Shown: positions 36,265 to 52,044 of the stretch, piece by piece
Numbering within the stretch: position 1 is the first letter of the stretch
Layout of the letters: each line of letters begins with the position of its first letter
Source: Vicugna vicugna
Lineage: Eukaryota
Reading direction: 5' to 3'
Assembly (NCBI GenBank): GCA_013265495.1
Contig: MU058198.1
Span: 6,773,779-6,837,778, forward strand
Length of the DNA stretch: 64,000 bases
Program-made: the position numbers and the translations under genes
The notes under the pieces: model-generated
What the model was told of the DNA's origin: nothing
The model's database searches: none
What the model saw: the letters and a program-made list of their open reading frames with translations, nothing else

Positions 36265-37360
36265 TATAAATTGACCCCAGTCATCTACTGTTTATTATCA
36301 CCATCAATTCTCAACAATGTCAGTAATAAAATGTCTCCACACACAGCTAACTGATCCCACAGATTCCTTTCCCCTTAGTACGATAGGGCACTCAGTATAC
36401 ACCTACACATGCATAAAGAATAGGACCAAACAGACTTTAGAAATAGCAGAAGTATCCAGATTAGCCATCTATTCTGCTCATATTACAATATATTCTCCAT
36501 TCAGTTTCCTTTAGTGGGAGAGGGTATAGTTCAGTGGTCGAATGCATGCTTAGCATGCACAAGTTCCTGGGTTCAATCCCCAGTACCCCCTTATAAATAA
36601 ATAAATACATAAATAAATAAATAAACCTAATTACCCCCCAATTTCCTTTTGTAAACAAGCCCGAGTAGTCAAAAGCACATATGTACAAAAATAACAATAA
36701 TGTTTATCTTCCTAAAATTATGGTATTTAGCCTCAGTGAAGAATCTCATCTCCTCAACCTCAAATCCATTTCCAGCTGCGGCCACGGGCATCTGATGTCA
36801 GATGCTGTCACGCCCATAACAACAGGCTCACCTGGAGCAGTCCTCACTCACCTTCTCCGCTGGACAGCTCAGCAGGTGCTCCATGGAGTAAACACCAAGA
36901 GGTCTTTAATGTCTAGCTGTATGTTGAAAATCCAAACGGACAATGTCACACTGTCATTTTTGGTGGTTTCCTGGACAGGATAACAATCTGTGACTGTATA
37001 AATCCAGGTTTCCTATGGTCTAGCTGACTTTTTGCTGGACAACATCTGGGCAGTGATGTGCTCCCGAGGCCTCCTGTGGAATACTGGTCTTCAAAGGTGG
37101 CGTTCTGAGGAAAGGCAAGAGGACCCGGGAGGTCCATCAGGGTAATTTTGAATGCTGCTTGGTGTCTTGTTAACCTCAGATATCACTCCAACCTTCCAGA
37201 GAAAAATCTGTTCAAATAATCTCCTGCAGGGGATGACCAGTGCCCTGCAGATTGAGCAGGTGGTGGAGAGTCAGACACGGCTGTGGAGCCCGCTGCTCTG
37301 TGAGGGGCAGAACCCAGTGCCCCTCCCACCACTGGGTGCCTCCTCGGGGTGCCCACCATC
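36265..37360 (-). pseudogene. EPDR1: Processed pseudogene of EPDR1 (ependymin-related 1)
   Basis: Minus-strand fragments WEGH.VL, ALVIPCRRLFEQIFLWKVGVI, PQNATFEDQYSTGG, KSAR.*ETWI, YTVTDCYPVQET.TKNDSV, IQLDIKDLLVFTPWSTC, KVSEDCS.* (stop 36830-36828) match EPDR1. Contiguous across parental exon junctions, with many frameshifts and stops; 3'UTR-like sequence to about 36265. Confidence 0.88.
36513..36638 (+). mobile_element. tRNA-Ala-derived SINE inserted in the EPDR1 retrocopy 3'UTR
   Basis: gggagagggtatagttcagtgg...gggttcaatccccagtacc; TSD ca(g/a)tttccttt. Confidence 0.88.
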
Positions 37361-38454
37361 CCCCCTCACCCACTTCCCCACTCCCCCACCTCAAGGGCAA
37401 GCCTGAGCCTAAGGGATTGCTGCACAAGCACATCTATAATCCTATTCCTGTAAGAAAAATTATTTTAGTTATTACTAAAAGGGGGGGTGGCAATGGGATG
37501 TGTACCAAACTCTCCATAGTGGTTATATTCTCCACTGGGAAAATTTTTACTTTCTCCATTATAGGTTGTAGATCTCTGCAATGTTTGACTTTTTCATAGT
37601 GTATACCTATTTTAGAAAGAGGAGAGGAAGAGGAAATTTTTAAGAATTAATTTATTTTATCACCTTCCTCTACTGGATTCCATGCATACTATGCCACCTT
37701 CTGGTCACTATACGGCTTCTTTTGTCTGTGTCAAGGACAGAACACCATTAAATGTGAATACAGGAGTTAAGAGTTTCTCCCACCTGCCTGACATGGGAGG
37801 TTCGGTTGAAGGGAGAGCTTTTTGATTTGCTCAGGTGGGTGATGGCTGGGCATGAACAGGGACAAGCTGAGAGATCGGGGGCTGGCTTTACACAGAAGGT
37901 GCCTGAAGCCGCCATGTAAAAAGCCAATTCTGAAGGGGAGGAAAGCAGAGAGGAGAGAGAGACGTGAGCACTACCCTCAACAGTGGAACTCTGTGTTAAG
38001 GGAGGAATTTGTAAAGGGATTGTTAGGAAAGTCCTATGTAACTCTCTCCACATGCCCTCAAGAGACCTTCAGTGAAGATTGCTGTGACTTTTCAAGGCCC
38101 TGTGGGAAAGCATTTCAGATGCGATGAGACTTAAGGATAGACTAGGAAGGCCCAGATTTCTTTGCCATGCTGTAGCTTTCTCACAGGAAGGGCCTGTCCT
38201 GCCCAGAAAAAGGAGTGTTCTATCAGCTCCACAGTTCTAACTCCCTGTGTGACTCAATGGGCTCCTGGTTTAGACTTCAGTCTCTTGTGAATTGCATCAG
38301 TGTGAGTCAGTCTATTCTGAAAGGTTGCTGAAAAAATGGAATTTCTGGTCCTGCAGGGCCAAATTCTATAGCAATCACCCCTATCAATATGCTGCTCCCT
38401 CAATGGCCCTCCCTGAGCAGAGATAACATCTTCCTTTACTCTTTGACCTAACAA

Positions 38455-39480
38455 AGATTTAATATTATGTGCCAGGCACTAGGCTAAGTGCTAAAGATAC
38501 AGAGATGAGCATAAATAGATAGGAGCCCTGCCTTCATGGAATTTGTCATCTAAGGGGTGAAGGGTAGGACAGACATGAATCCGGTTATGTCACAAACATG
38601 TAAAATTGTGATGTTTGTGCTACTGTCATAATTACAGGAGGTCTGCATGGTGCTTGGAGAGATTATAGCAGAGGGATTTGACCTAGCCAGGAAGATCCGA
38701 AGATGAATAGGAGATGTGGAAGTAAAGAGAGGAGGGAAATGCACTCCAGGAAGGCTTTGTAGAGGCCCTGTGGGAGGAGGGACATGGCAGGGATGAGAGA
38801 CATAAAGAAGACAAGGAGGCTGATGTGGAGGGAGAGGTGGGGTGGGTTGGAAAAGGAGGGGGTGGGGCAGGAGTGGGGATGCCAGGGCATTTGTACTTTA
38901 AGAAGATCACCCTGGCCAGAGTGGATGAGGAGAGGCAATTTAAGAGACAATGGATGAGAGACCTGTTGCTCACAAGCACAGAGAACTATATTCAATACCT
39001 TGTAACAGCCTATAATGAAAAAGGATATGAAAAGGAATATATATATAATATATAATATATATATAACTGAATCACTACACTGTACCCCAGAAATTAACAC
39101 AACATTGTAAATCGGCTATACATCAATTAAAAAAAAAAAGTCTATTGCTCAATCCCGCTAGTGGATATACACCCCAGGAAAATCCTCGCACAGGCCACAA
39201 GGGGACGCCCATGAGGTTGTTCACTGTGGCATTGTTTGTGGGAGCCAGTAGCTAAGAGGCAATTTAGAGCTCCAGCACCATAGATCTGAAGAACTAAAAT
39301 GTGGGTACCCACTATGAAATATTGCACAGTTGTTCTAAGTCACAGTCTAGGTGTATACCCAACAAGGTTAGGTCTTCAAAGTATGATGCTGAGTGGAAAA
39401 GTAAGAAATAGAATGAGATTTATAGCACAATACCATTTAGGTAAATTAAAACTGCATACTAAACAAGACACATGTCTTAC
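38455..39480 (+). mobile_element. L2 fragment, short L1 3' end with poly(A) (about 38965-39139) and older L1M fragment
   Basis: tatgtgccaggcact..gctaagtgct (L2); gaatcactacactgtaccccagaaattaacacaacattgtaaatc (L1). Confidence 0.7.
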
Positions 39481-40880
39481 AAAGACACTCCCACACAGGT
39501 TGGGGACACAGACTGGAGAAGCGTGGAGGAGTGGATAAAATAGATAAAAGGCTATAAATACATAAAACAAAAGAGAGGCTACGCAGAGCCCAATGATGAT
39601 AACGTACCATAAAGTGAGAAATGAGTAACTCAACTTTTGCATCTGGGATTTTGAAAAAATCAATAAATAAAAGCTTCCGTAGTTGTTTAGGCAAGAACAG
39701 AGGCACTCTGGACTAGGGTGGATGTGGTGGAGATGAAAAGTGGTGGACTGTTTTAAAGCATTTCAGCAGTGCCTGATAACATAGTAAGTCCCCAGCAAAC
39801 ATGAGCTGTTATTATTTTTACATTGCAGATACTTAGTGATGGATTAAATATGGGAGGGGAGGGAAAGGGTGAAGTTAATCCCGGCTGCTGGCTCGGGCCA
39901 TTGTTGCCAAGTGGGAGGGGGAAAATGAAAACCGAGGACAGATGATTCTTTTGAAAAATTTGGATGCGAAGGGGATGACAGAACTAACTTACATATGGGC
40001 AACACTCTAAAACACTTTAAAATTTAATCAAGTGATACATGTTAAGGGATACATGTCTATTGTAGGAAACAGAAATTAAAGATAAATTAAAACAAACAAA
40101 AAATTGTGAGCTCCACCCAAACCTCCCCTGGGGAGCAACTAAAGTTGATATTTGACATTCAGGAGAAATAGCTTCTGAGACCTCTACAAACACAAAAATG
40201 TGAAGTCCTAGCTTGCATACGCCATATAAAATGCAGGATATGGAAGTTATATAGTAGGTGGTCATGTCATTTATTGAGAGGCTACAGAAAGAAAAGCAAA
40301 CTTGAAGGAAGAAATTGATGCATTAAGTTTTGGGCTGAAGCAGTTTATGGTGAAGTCTGAGATTCTTCTAATGAATAAAAAAACATTGAAGGCTAATTAT
40401 ATGCCAGGCATTCAGGTAGGTACTAAGAACACATAGATGAACAGAATAGATGATCCTGACCTCACTGAGCTGACAAGTGACTCAAATAATCCAACAAATA
40501 CGTACTTATAAATTTTGGTAGCGGTTACCTAAGATTACAAGATGCTAGAATGTAAACCATTGTAGTTAAATACGTGCTTACATCCTTATTACATTCCTGA
40601 GAAGATTCCCTAAGAGCATAATTTCTGGGTCTACAGATCTGTCTGTATCTATTTACTTTTAAAAATAAACTTTATTTTTTAAGTTCACAGCAAAATTGAG
40701 GCAGAAAACACAGAGTTCTCATATGCCCACTGCTCCCCCTTCAATCAACAATCTGACCGTTTAAAAAAATCATTGTTTTATAGGCTTTGGGGAGTGCGAA
40801 AGGATACTGAAAACACACAAGGACCCTGGTTTGTTAAAATAAGGTTCAGCTGAAGAGTCAGAAACAGTGTCAAAGTGAAA

Positions 40881-41400
40881 ACTACATTTCCCAAGGGGCA
40901 GCGCGGCACGTCATAGAGGAAGGAGGGCGCATGCGTAGAGGGGTCGCGCTGCGACTCAGCTCATAAAAGGGAAAAAGTGTGTGTGGTTCTCGACCTGCCG
41001 CGAATCTTCGAACGCAAGCGCGCTGTTATCCGCAGACTTTGAAAAGCATTCGAGGGACGGCGCGCCTGCTCCCCGCCGTCGCAATTTCCAGCGCGACGTG
41101 CTTGTACCACCCGCCGCTCGGTAGGTGGCTATGGTTCGCGGTTTGGGACCCCACCCCCAACCTGGAGAATGGCGGGAGCGGAGGGTCGGGGGTCCCCATT
41201 CCCGGGCCTTGCTGAGGCGGCTCTAGAGGGGCAGTGCGCACGCGCCCTGGACTGGGAGAGGCGGGGCGCTGGGAGGGAAGGCCCATGCAGCCCTTCTGTG
41301 CGATCTGCGCGTGCGCCGACCGGCCGCCCCAGGGTGGGAAGCAGCCGCACGCGGATCTTGATGCGGAGGCCCTCAGAGGTGGGGTACCGGACCCAGGAGC
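40881..41400 (+). promoter_or_regulatory. SGF29: SGF29 CpG-island promoter and non-coding exon 1 (donor after 41120)
   Basis: High CpG density; ACTACATTTCCCA (ZNF143/THAP11-type) 40881-40893; NRF1-like GCGCATGCGT 40927-40936; donor CG|gtaggt at 41121. Confidence 0.75.
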
Positions 41401-44400
41401 GAGAATATAAGGCAGAGGATGGGCCCCGAACCTTGTCAGCTTTTGTTATTTGCTCAGGAGGTGCCCATCTTAACCAACCTCATTTTCCCTTCTAATTCCT
41501 CCAGGTGCCTCATCTCTCTGCCCTTATGCAGCCAAAGCGTCAGCCTCTATTCATTAAGCACCCTTTCTCCTCCGAACCCAGTCCAGTCAGGCCTTGCCCC
41601 CCACCCCTCTACTGAAATAGAGGTTTGTCAAAGCCATCAGTGGTCTCTAGGTCGCCGAATTCAGTGTTAAGTTAGTTCTCAGACCCGTAGCAGTATTTGA
41701 TGCAGTTGGTCTCTCTCTGCCTGTTCTGGAAACGCGTTCTTCATTTGCCTTGTGGAACATTGTTGTCTTTAGCTTCAACTCTCTCTGGCCTCTTCTCTGC
41801 TGATTCTTGCTCCTCTTCCTTATCTTTAATCATTGTACTGCTTAAAGGCCTCATCCTAGATCTCGGTGTTCATTTCTTAGGAGTTACCCGTTTCAAGACT
41901 TTAAATATAAATACTATCTATTGTGCTTAACTCTCATATTTCTGCTCTCAATTCAGTACTCTACCTGAAATTTTGAGTTTTACGTTTCCTTTTCGTCAAT
42001 CTCCCATTCTTTCAAGGCCAAACACCTTGAGTCATTCTTGGTGTCCTGCTTCCCTTGTCTCCTCCTTCATCAGTCAGCACATATTTATCCTTGAGGTTTT
42101 TACGTTTCACTACTGGGTGTCTAATTGAAGGTATTTTTGGCACTCGGTCAGTCCTTTCTGCCTGAGAATTTTTTTTCAGTATTGACATTTTCTGTCATTA
42201 TTTATGCAGACTTATCCATTTATCTGTTCTGTTTGTCCCTTTTAGAATGTTATTTCACCTACAAATAAGTATATGGAACTATTTGTTTAATATCATTGTC
42301 CCTTTCTGGACTGTAAGTTTCCCAAGACCAAGGTCGGGACTGTTTGTCCCCTTCACTGCTATGTATCCCTCATGCCTGGCACAGAGTAGGTGCTTGATAA
42401 ATACTGAGTGAATGACTTTATAAAGGGGAAGAACCTCTTTTCCATAGGTTAGAAGGAGACAGTCCCTCTTAGAGTATGTTGGTAGCAACTAATTTTTTTT
42501 TTGAATCAGGGAGGAGAAGAGATTGAATAGCCCAGCTTGAGAATTGTTGAACTGTTTCTGAGTTGGAAGACATAAGAGGTTTCCAGGACTCAATTCAGTT
42601 CTGAAATCTATTTTGAGGATTTAATAGGTGCCATGCCCTGTGCTAGTTGCTGGGACTGTAAAGATGAATAAAACTGCGTCCTTCTGTTCTAAGAGTTTAT
42701 GATATGACAGGAGACACAAGAAAGTCAGTTAGTCTCTGGGTATATGTGTGATCAGTGCAAAAACAGAGGTTTGTGTATGGTGCTTTGAAAGTTCTGGAAA
42801 TTTTGATTGCCCTTGGCATCAGGGCAGTTGAGAGGGGCCTGGGACAGCCAGATTTCCCTGCCAGTCTTTTCTGGCTATGAGCAGCTTTGTCCTTCTACCC
42901 CAGTATGCTGTGTGAATACTTTCATGTTCTCTGTGTGCCATGGTGCGAAAAAAATTGGCAAATACTGCTGTAAAAATGTTAACTTTGCTGCAATTTGATT
43001 TGGACCCTGAAAGATGAGTAAATTTGAGAGATCCGGAGGGGAGGAAGTGGAAGGATCTAACGACATTTCAGGCAGGCATAATAGAAGCATAAAAGTCTGT
43101 GCTTAGTTGAGGTGGGGGCCCTGAAATTTAGCAATATGGACATTGTAGAGTAAGATTGGTACGAGAGGGCTCTTTGAAAGGTGCCGTCCAGGATCTGAAA
43201 CAATGCATTGAAAGTATTTTATAAACCAGAGTGTCCATTTTATAAATGCCTGGCCCACCACAGGGCACCCTGCTCTCAGCGGGTAGGTCCATTAGAATCC
43301 ATAGTTTTGGAGACCTACTTTCTGGAGCTAGAAGTAAGGACATGTGTTAAGTCAAAGTTCTTTTTTTCTGATTTCCAAAATTATATAGACTGTTACAAAA
43401 ATTCTTACAAAAGTTTTGAAAATGAATCTTATTTAGGTATTTGATGAGTCATCTGCTTTGAAAAAAAGTACCCCATTCATGTCACTTCAGTGGTCGCTGT
43501 ATCTGTAGAGTGAAAGAATGGTGAACATTGAACCAATGGGAGTTGGATGTTGATGCTACTAAGGATTGTTTGAGCCGTTAAGGCTTAGGTTGTAGAGTCA
43601 GACAGACCTGGATTTGAATCTCATGTCTGCTACTTATTACTTGCTTGACGTTGGGAAAGTCATTTATTTCTCCCAGACTCAAGTTTCCACAGTACTAAAT
43701 GAATAGTACTTTGCAGGCTCGTTAAATAGGATAATCCACATAAGAGTGCCTAGCACATGGTAGGTACTCAGTAAGGAATAGCTGTCATTGTTACCTTTAT
43801 TTTCCTACCTCTTTTGTTTTTTTCCCACCAGATGTTACTGAATGACCTAACGACTGGCAGTTTACAGTAGACAAAATGCTTCTGCCTTTGTCATTGAATA
43901 TGCTGAAGTTGTGACAAAACTTGGATTTGGGAGGAAGAGCATAGATTTTGTAGTTTGCAGTCTTGTAATCCCAGCTCAGCTACCTGTCTTTCCTGAGTTA
44001 CCTAGCGTAACAGCCTCTCTGAACTCCAGTTTCCCCAGCTGTAAAGAAGATGTGCTTGAGGAGTGCAGTCGGTTTAAATGAGAATCACCAGTGTAAGCGT
44101 CGGTACAACAGCATGGTAGATCCAGAGGGTGGGATGGGAGGATCATCAAGTCTTCTTAATTTTTTAAAAAACCAATTGATAAATGTAGATTCTTACTGAT
44201 GGTGGCTAGATTGAGGGTATGGGATCTGAGTATAGAGTCTTAGATACCTTGCTTCCCTTTGACTCAGAACAAAGCTTTTATTGTCTTAAACCCTGTGGGA
44301 TTAACTTTAGAGTGGTTTAACTATAGGATGTTTGCCTTTGTTTGTATGAGGCCTTGGCTGCTATTGGAGTCAGAGAACAGTTTTAGGCTGAGTGTTTAGC

Positions 44401-44454
44401 AGTCAATATGTACTTCCACCTTGCAGCTTTTGTCCCTAAGAATGACCTCTTTTT

Positions 44455-44900
44455 AGTCAAATTTCTCAGTTGCAGGTAACAAAAAGGTAACCCAAATGAG
44501 CCTAAGCAGAAAAGAAGTATCTTTTGATACTGAAGAGTCCCAGGTGAATCAGCTTCAGGCATGGCTATATCTAGAAACCTAAATTATGTCCCCAGTATTT
44601 TCTATGACTTTCAGTTCTGTTTTCCTCCATGTTGGTTTCTTTCTCAGGCACACCAAAGCCTCCATCAGTTCCAGGCTTCCATGCTACTCTTTTAACCAAC
44701 TGAAGGAGGCTCTCTTTGCAGACAGCTTCAGGAAAAGATCTGAAATTAATTTTGGCCAGACTTGGGTCACATACCTCTTCCTGAACCAGTCATGGTCTTC
44801 AAAGAGAATATAATACTTTCCAGGGCCCAAGTTGTGTACCCAACCTTGGGGACAAGATGAGGGATGGTTTCCCAAAGGAAAATCAGAGTGCTGTTACCTG
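44455..44900 (-). mobile_element. MaLR LTR (MLT1-like)
   Basis: agttgcaggtaaca.aaa...cccaaa; gcttcaggcatggct; cttgggtcacat.cc...cctgaacca.tca signatures. Confidence 0.55.
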
Positions 44901-46111
44901 ACCTAAATATTTACTTAAGAAAAATGAACATGTGTCTAAAAATACATGTATGATTGCTGATAGCAGTTTTATTCATAATAGCAAAAAATGGAAATAGGTA
45001 TACTATCAAAAGAGAACTCGTTTGTTCATACAAAGAATTGGATTCAGCAATACAAAGGAATAAACTCTTGATACAGCAACACAGGTATATCTCAAAACAC
45101 ATTAAGTGAGAGAATCCAGACAGTAAAGAATATGGATGGTGTGATTATGTTTTATGAAGTTCTGGAACAGGCATAAAACTACTCTGTAGTGGGAAATATC
45201 GCAATAGTGGTTCCCTCTGTGGGTAGAGATAGAAAGTGTGGCCTTCTAAGTCAGTGGAAAGAAGAGAGTGCTAGGACCCAGAAAATTTAGGGCATTGGGC
45301 CTTGCCTCACAACTCATAAAAATGTCCGGAAACCTTATGAGAATTATGTAACCTTTCTTGATTTGAAATTATTGCTGAGATAGCTGGGACCCTTGGACTC
45401 ATAAACAGGCAGCTTGTGCTGAACGTTCAGTCTCCTCCCAGCTGGGAGCTGCCTGGCCTTTTAGTCACATGTGGTTTTAAGTCCCCCGTTCCCACTTGCG
45501 TTGCATCAGCAGGCTTAGTGTTCTCAGAACGGAGAGTCACAGAAATCCTTGCCTCTACTTAGAGTATGTTTTCTGGGGAAATTCAGTTTCACAGCTGGTT
45601 AGATCCAGAGATAGCAGTGATTTGTTGTAGAATTGTAAAATGAGGTGATTCTCCCAGACTGGGCACTCGCCAGTAGGCAAAGCTCAAGCAGGAGAGTGCC
45701 CTTCCCTGGCGGGCGAGTGGTTGCTCCCCCAGGCTTGGGATGCGTCAGCGTTTGTTTTCTGTTGCGCATGCCTTTTGCTGCTTTGCTCCGCTTTACACCG
45801 TCCCTGCCTTTTTTCCTGGCAGCCCCTTGACCCATATCTACAGATGAGGAGGAGGCAGCTCGTGTTCAACTAGTGCGCGTGCTGTTCCAGGCACTGCCTA
45901 GCACTGTACTTATGTAGTTAATCCTCAAGAGGGTGCTCTGGTTTTTATAGAGATTGAGAAAAGTTAAGGAATTCCCCCAGGGTGAGAACTTGATAGCTGT
46001 TCTGTCCCCATTCCTTTCCTTGGAATCCTCCTAAAATACTGCTGTCAGTTCATTTCCCTGATGGCTATTTTGCCAGCGATCACAAAGGGGAAGCAACCAA
46101 CACACTCACGA

Positions 46112-46369
46112 CCATTTTTTTCACTTTTAGTATAGTATTCAGTAAATTGCATGAGATAGTCAACACTTTTTTATAAAATAGACTTTACGTTAGATGATCT
46201 TGCCCAGCTTTGGCTGCTTTAAGTATTCTGAGCACGTTTAAGGTAGACGAGGCTAAGCTATGACATTTGGTAGGTTATGTGTATTAAGTGCATTTTCAGT
46301 TAACGGTATTTCCAGCTTGCAGTGCGTTTGTGGGAATGTAACCCCATGGAAAGTTGAGGATAATCTGTA
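46112..46369 (-). mobile_element. TcMar-Tigger DNA transposon remnant (MER47-like)
   Basis: gagcacgtttaaggtag..aggctaagctatga...gtaacccca...aagttgagga..atctgta terminus. Confidence 0.7.
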
Positions 46370-49246
46370 TATTGCATATGCAGAAAGTGGCATACAAAAT
46401 GTAAATCATTTTAGGTTGCTGGGATTTGCTTTAAGATATTTTTTAATGTTTTTATACTTTTTTTCACTTAAATTAGGGAAAAAATGGAAATAGAGGTGTG
46501 ACCAGAGTGCTCTGGAGAGCCAGGGGAGTTACTGGCTGCCTGGGTGGTTAAGGAAGGCCCCAGAGAAGAGGGGGCATTGGAGTAGGGAGAGCATGCTGCC
46601 GCCACTTGTTCGTCAAGTCCCAGGTGGGGGCATCAAGGTGGTGGTAACAGCTTGATGGTCCATTTGGAGAGCTCACGACTGACTGGTTCCAGAGATAGCA
46701 GTAGTTCATTGTTAAATCATAAAATGAAGTTGTTTTCCCAGGCAGAGCCCTACCTAGTAGGCAGAGTGATCTTCCAGAATGCTGTCACTCATCTCAGCAC
46801 TTCAGAATTACTTCACATTGGATAGAAATGAGGTGAGATGAAAGCATTTTAAAAGTCACAAGTCAGCATTTATATGTGAAGGCATCCAGACAGTTGGTGT
46901 AGGGGCTGAGTGTCAGAGGCCTTAGACAGGTCTTGTCAAAAATGGGCCCCTCCTTTCCCACCGTTGTCTTCTGGTTGCAGTATTAGGCCCTGCCTGGCTT
47001 GGTATTTGACCAACTCCTTCCCCTCCAGACCACGTGAGGCAACTTCTTCACTTTGATTTGCTGGAAGTTTCAACCTCAACTTCCTGTGTCTGTCTCTGCA
47101 TCTTCTACTTGCACAAGGTTTTATAAGGTATACACTTTGTCTTCTTGTATATACATGGAATGTCTCTGGAGAAGTATCCAAGAAACAACAGTGGTTGCCT
47201 CGAGGGGTGAGAGATTTTGTTGTATTTTTTTTTAATCATTTGAATTTTTTTTTTTTTACTGTGTGCAAGTATTATCTACTTAAAGTTTTTTTTTTCCTTA
47301 AGAGAAACAGACTTTATGTCTGACCACAGTGAGACAGAGAGACGGGATGATATTACAGTAATGTAATGAGAGCCTAAACTAAGACAGTGACAGGTGTGGT
47401 GGGAGAGTAGGGGCTGGATTCAAGAGAAACTTCTAAGGCAAAATCAATAGAATTTGAATGGGGATTGAGGAAGGAGATGAGCAACGAGGAGAAGCAGGGA
47501 CTCCAGGGTTTCTGGCTTGGGAAGCCGGCTGGACCGTGATGGGCACCGTTAACCCACTGCTGGAAGGCAGAGTAGTGCAGGACAGGAGGTGTGAGGTGTC
47601 TAGGGGGCTTCCTGGTTGAGTTATTCAGGTAGCAGCTGCAAGTCTGAGTTGGGAGCCTTGGAGAGAAGTCAGGGCTGATGACGTCGATGCAGAATTTTAA
47701 GAATTTGGGGGCTTGAAGCTGGTGAGAGTGCTCAAGGAGTACTTAGAGAATAAGAAGAGGATGCCAGGGTGACCTTCCCCTGGGGTGGAGGAGCAGGGCG
47801 GCAGAAAAATAGTGGAGGTTGGAGGCCTGGAAACCCAGAAGACAGAGCTTTGAGGAACAGTGTGTGGTCAGGTCTTCTGGGCAGCAGAACGCTCCAAGAG
47901 CTGGCAGGAGATCACCGGGGATTGAGAGAGAGCCAGATGCGATGGATTGAGGCATGAATGGGAGTAGAAGTGAGGCTGGTGGGGACTGTGCCAGCTCTGT
48001 GCTAGGTACGAAGAATAAAGTGATCCCCACCCTCAGAGAGATTGGACACGCTAGGGGAGGAGACAGATACACACAAAGAGAATTTTAATTGGTTTCGTAG
48101 GCACAGTAGAGAGATGCACAGGGAGTAATGGGAACACAGAGAAGGGTAACTTCACCTAGCTGAGAAGACTGGGGGTTTCTGCCTATGATTAGAGAAGGGG
48201 GTGACTTGGTAGTAAGTTAAGTCTTAGAGAATAAATAGTTAAGTCAGGCAGAGGGTTAGGGGTGATTTGATTTCAGGAGGAGCATCCCAGTTAGAGGGAA
48301 CAGCACAAATATAGGGCACTGGGATAAGAAATTACATGGTACGAGATAAAAAAAACAGACCAGTTCATGTTGCTGTAATATAAAATGTGAGGCAGACAGG
48401 GATGAGAGGTGATGGGATACGGGGAGATGCGGGGATGAAAACCTCTTCATGGAGGTCTGTGTCCTATGTTAAGAGCTTGACTTCTTCTGGAGGCAGGGAT
48501 TTGAAAGCTCTTGTTGGGGAACAGCATGGCCACATTTGTCTTTTAGATGGATGTTCCTGGGGCTGTATAGAGGGTGGATTTGATGGAGACGAGAAAGCGG
48601 GAAGGAAGAAGACCGGTTAGGAGGCTGCAGTTTAAGTTACAGAGGGACCAACCTGATACGGCCTGAATGAATAAAGGATTAAAAAGAAGTGGACAGAGTC
48701 CTGAAATACTGAGGCAGTAAAACAGCTGAAGTGGTGATTGATTGGACAGGGGGATTGAGGGAGAGGGGAGAGTTGAAAATAACTTGGTTTCCAGAATAGG
48801 TGGCTGAGTGGGTTATGGTAACATTGACAAAGAAGGAGCATGCCACCACATTTAACAGTTTTATTGATAATATAATTCACCTACCACACAGTTCACTCAT
48901 TTAAAGTGTACAATTCATTGTCTTTTTGAAAGTATATTTACAGGGTTGTGCAGCCATTATCATAATCTAATTTTTCTGGACACATTAGTTTAAATTTTTT
49001 TTTTATTATGGAACATTTTTAGCATACAGAAGTGGAATCACGTAAGGAATGTCTATGTTGGGCATAGTGATTTGGGGTCTCCTGTGGTGGAGGTGTCCAT
49101 CCAGCAGGAGAATGTAAGATTCTGAATCTTGGGGAAGCCATCAGGGCCGGTGATAGGTTTGGGAGTCCATGCCATGTGGTTTGTAGTTGATGATGCAGTA
49201 GCCTGCAAGAGCCAAGGGAAGAGCCTTCACTTAAAAAAGAAGTTTG

Positions 49247-52044
<2,798 letters not shown>

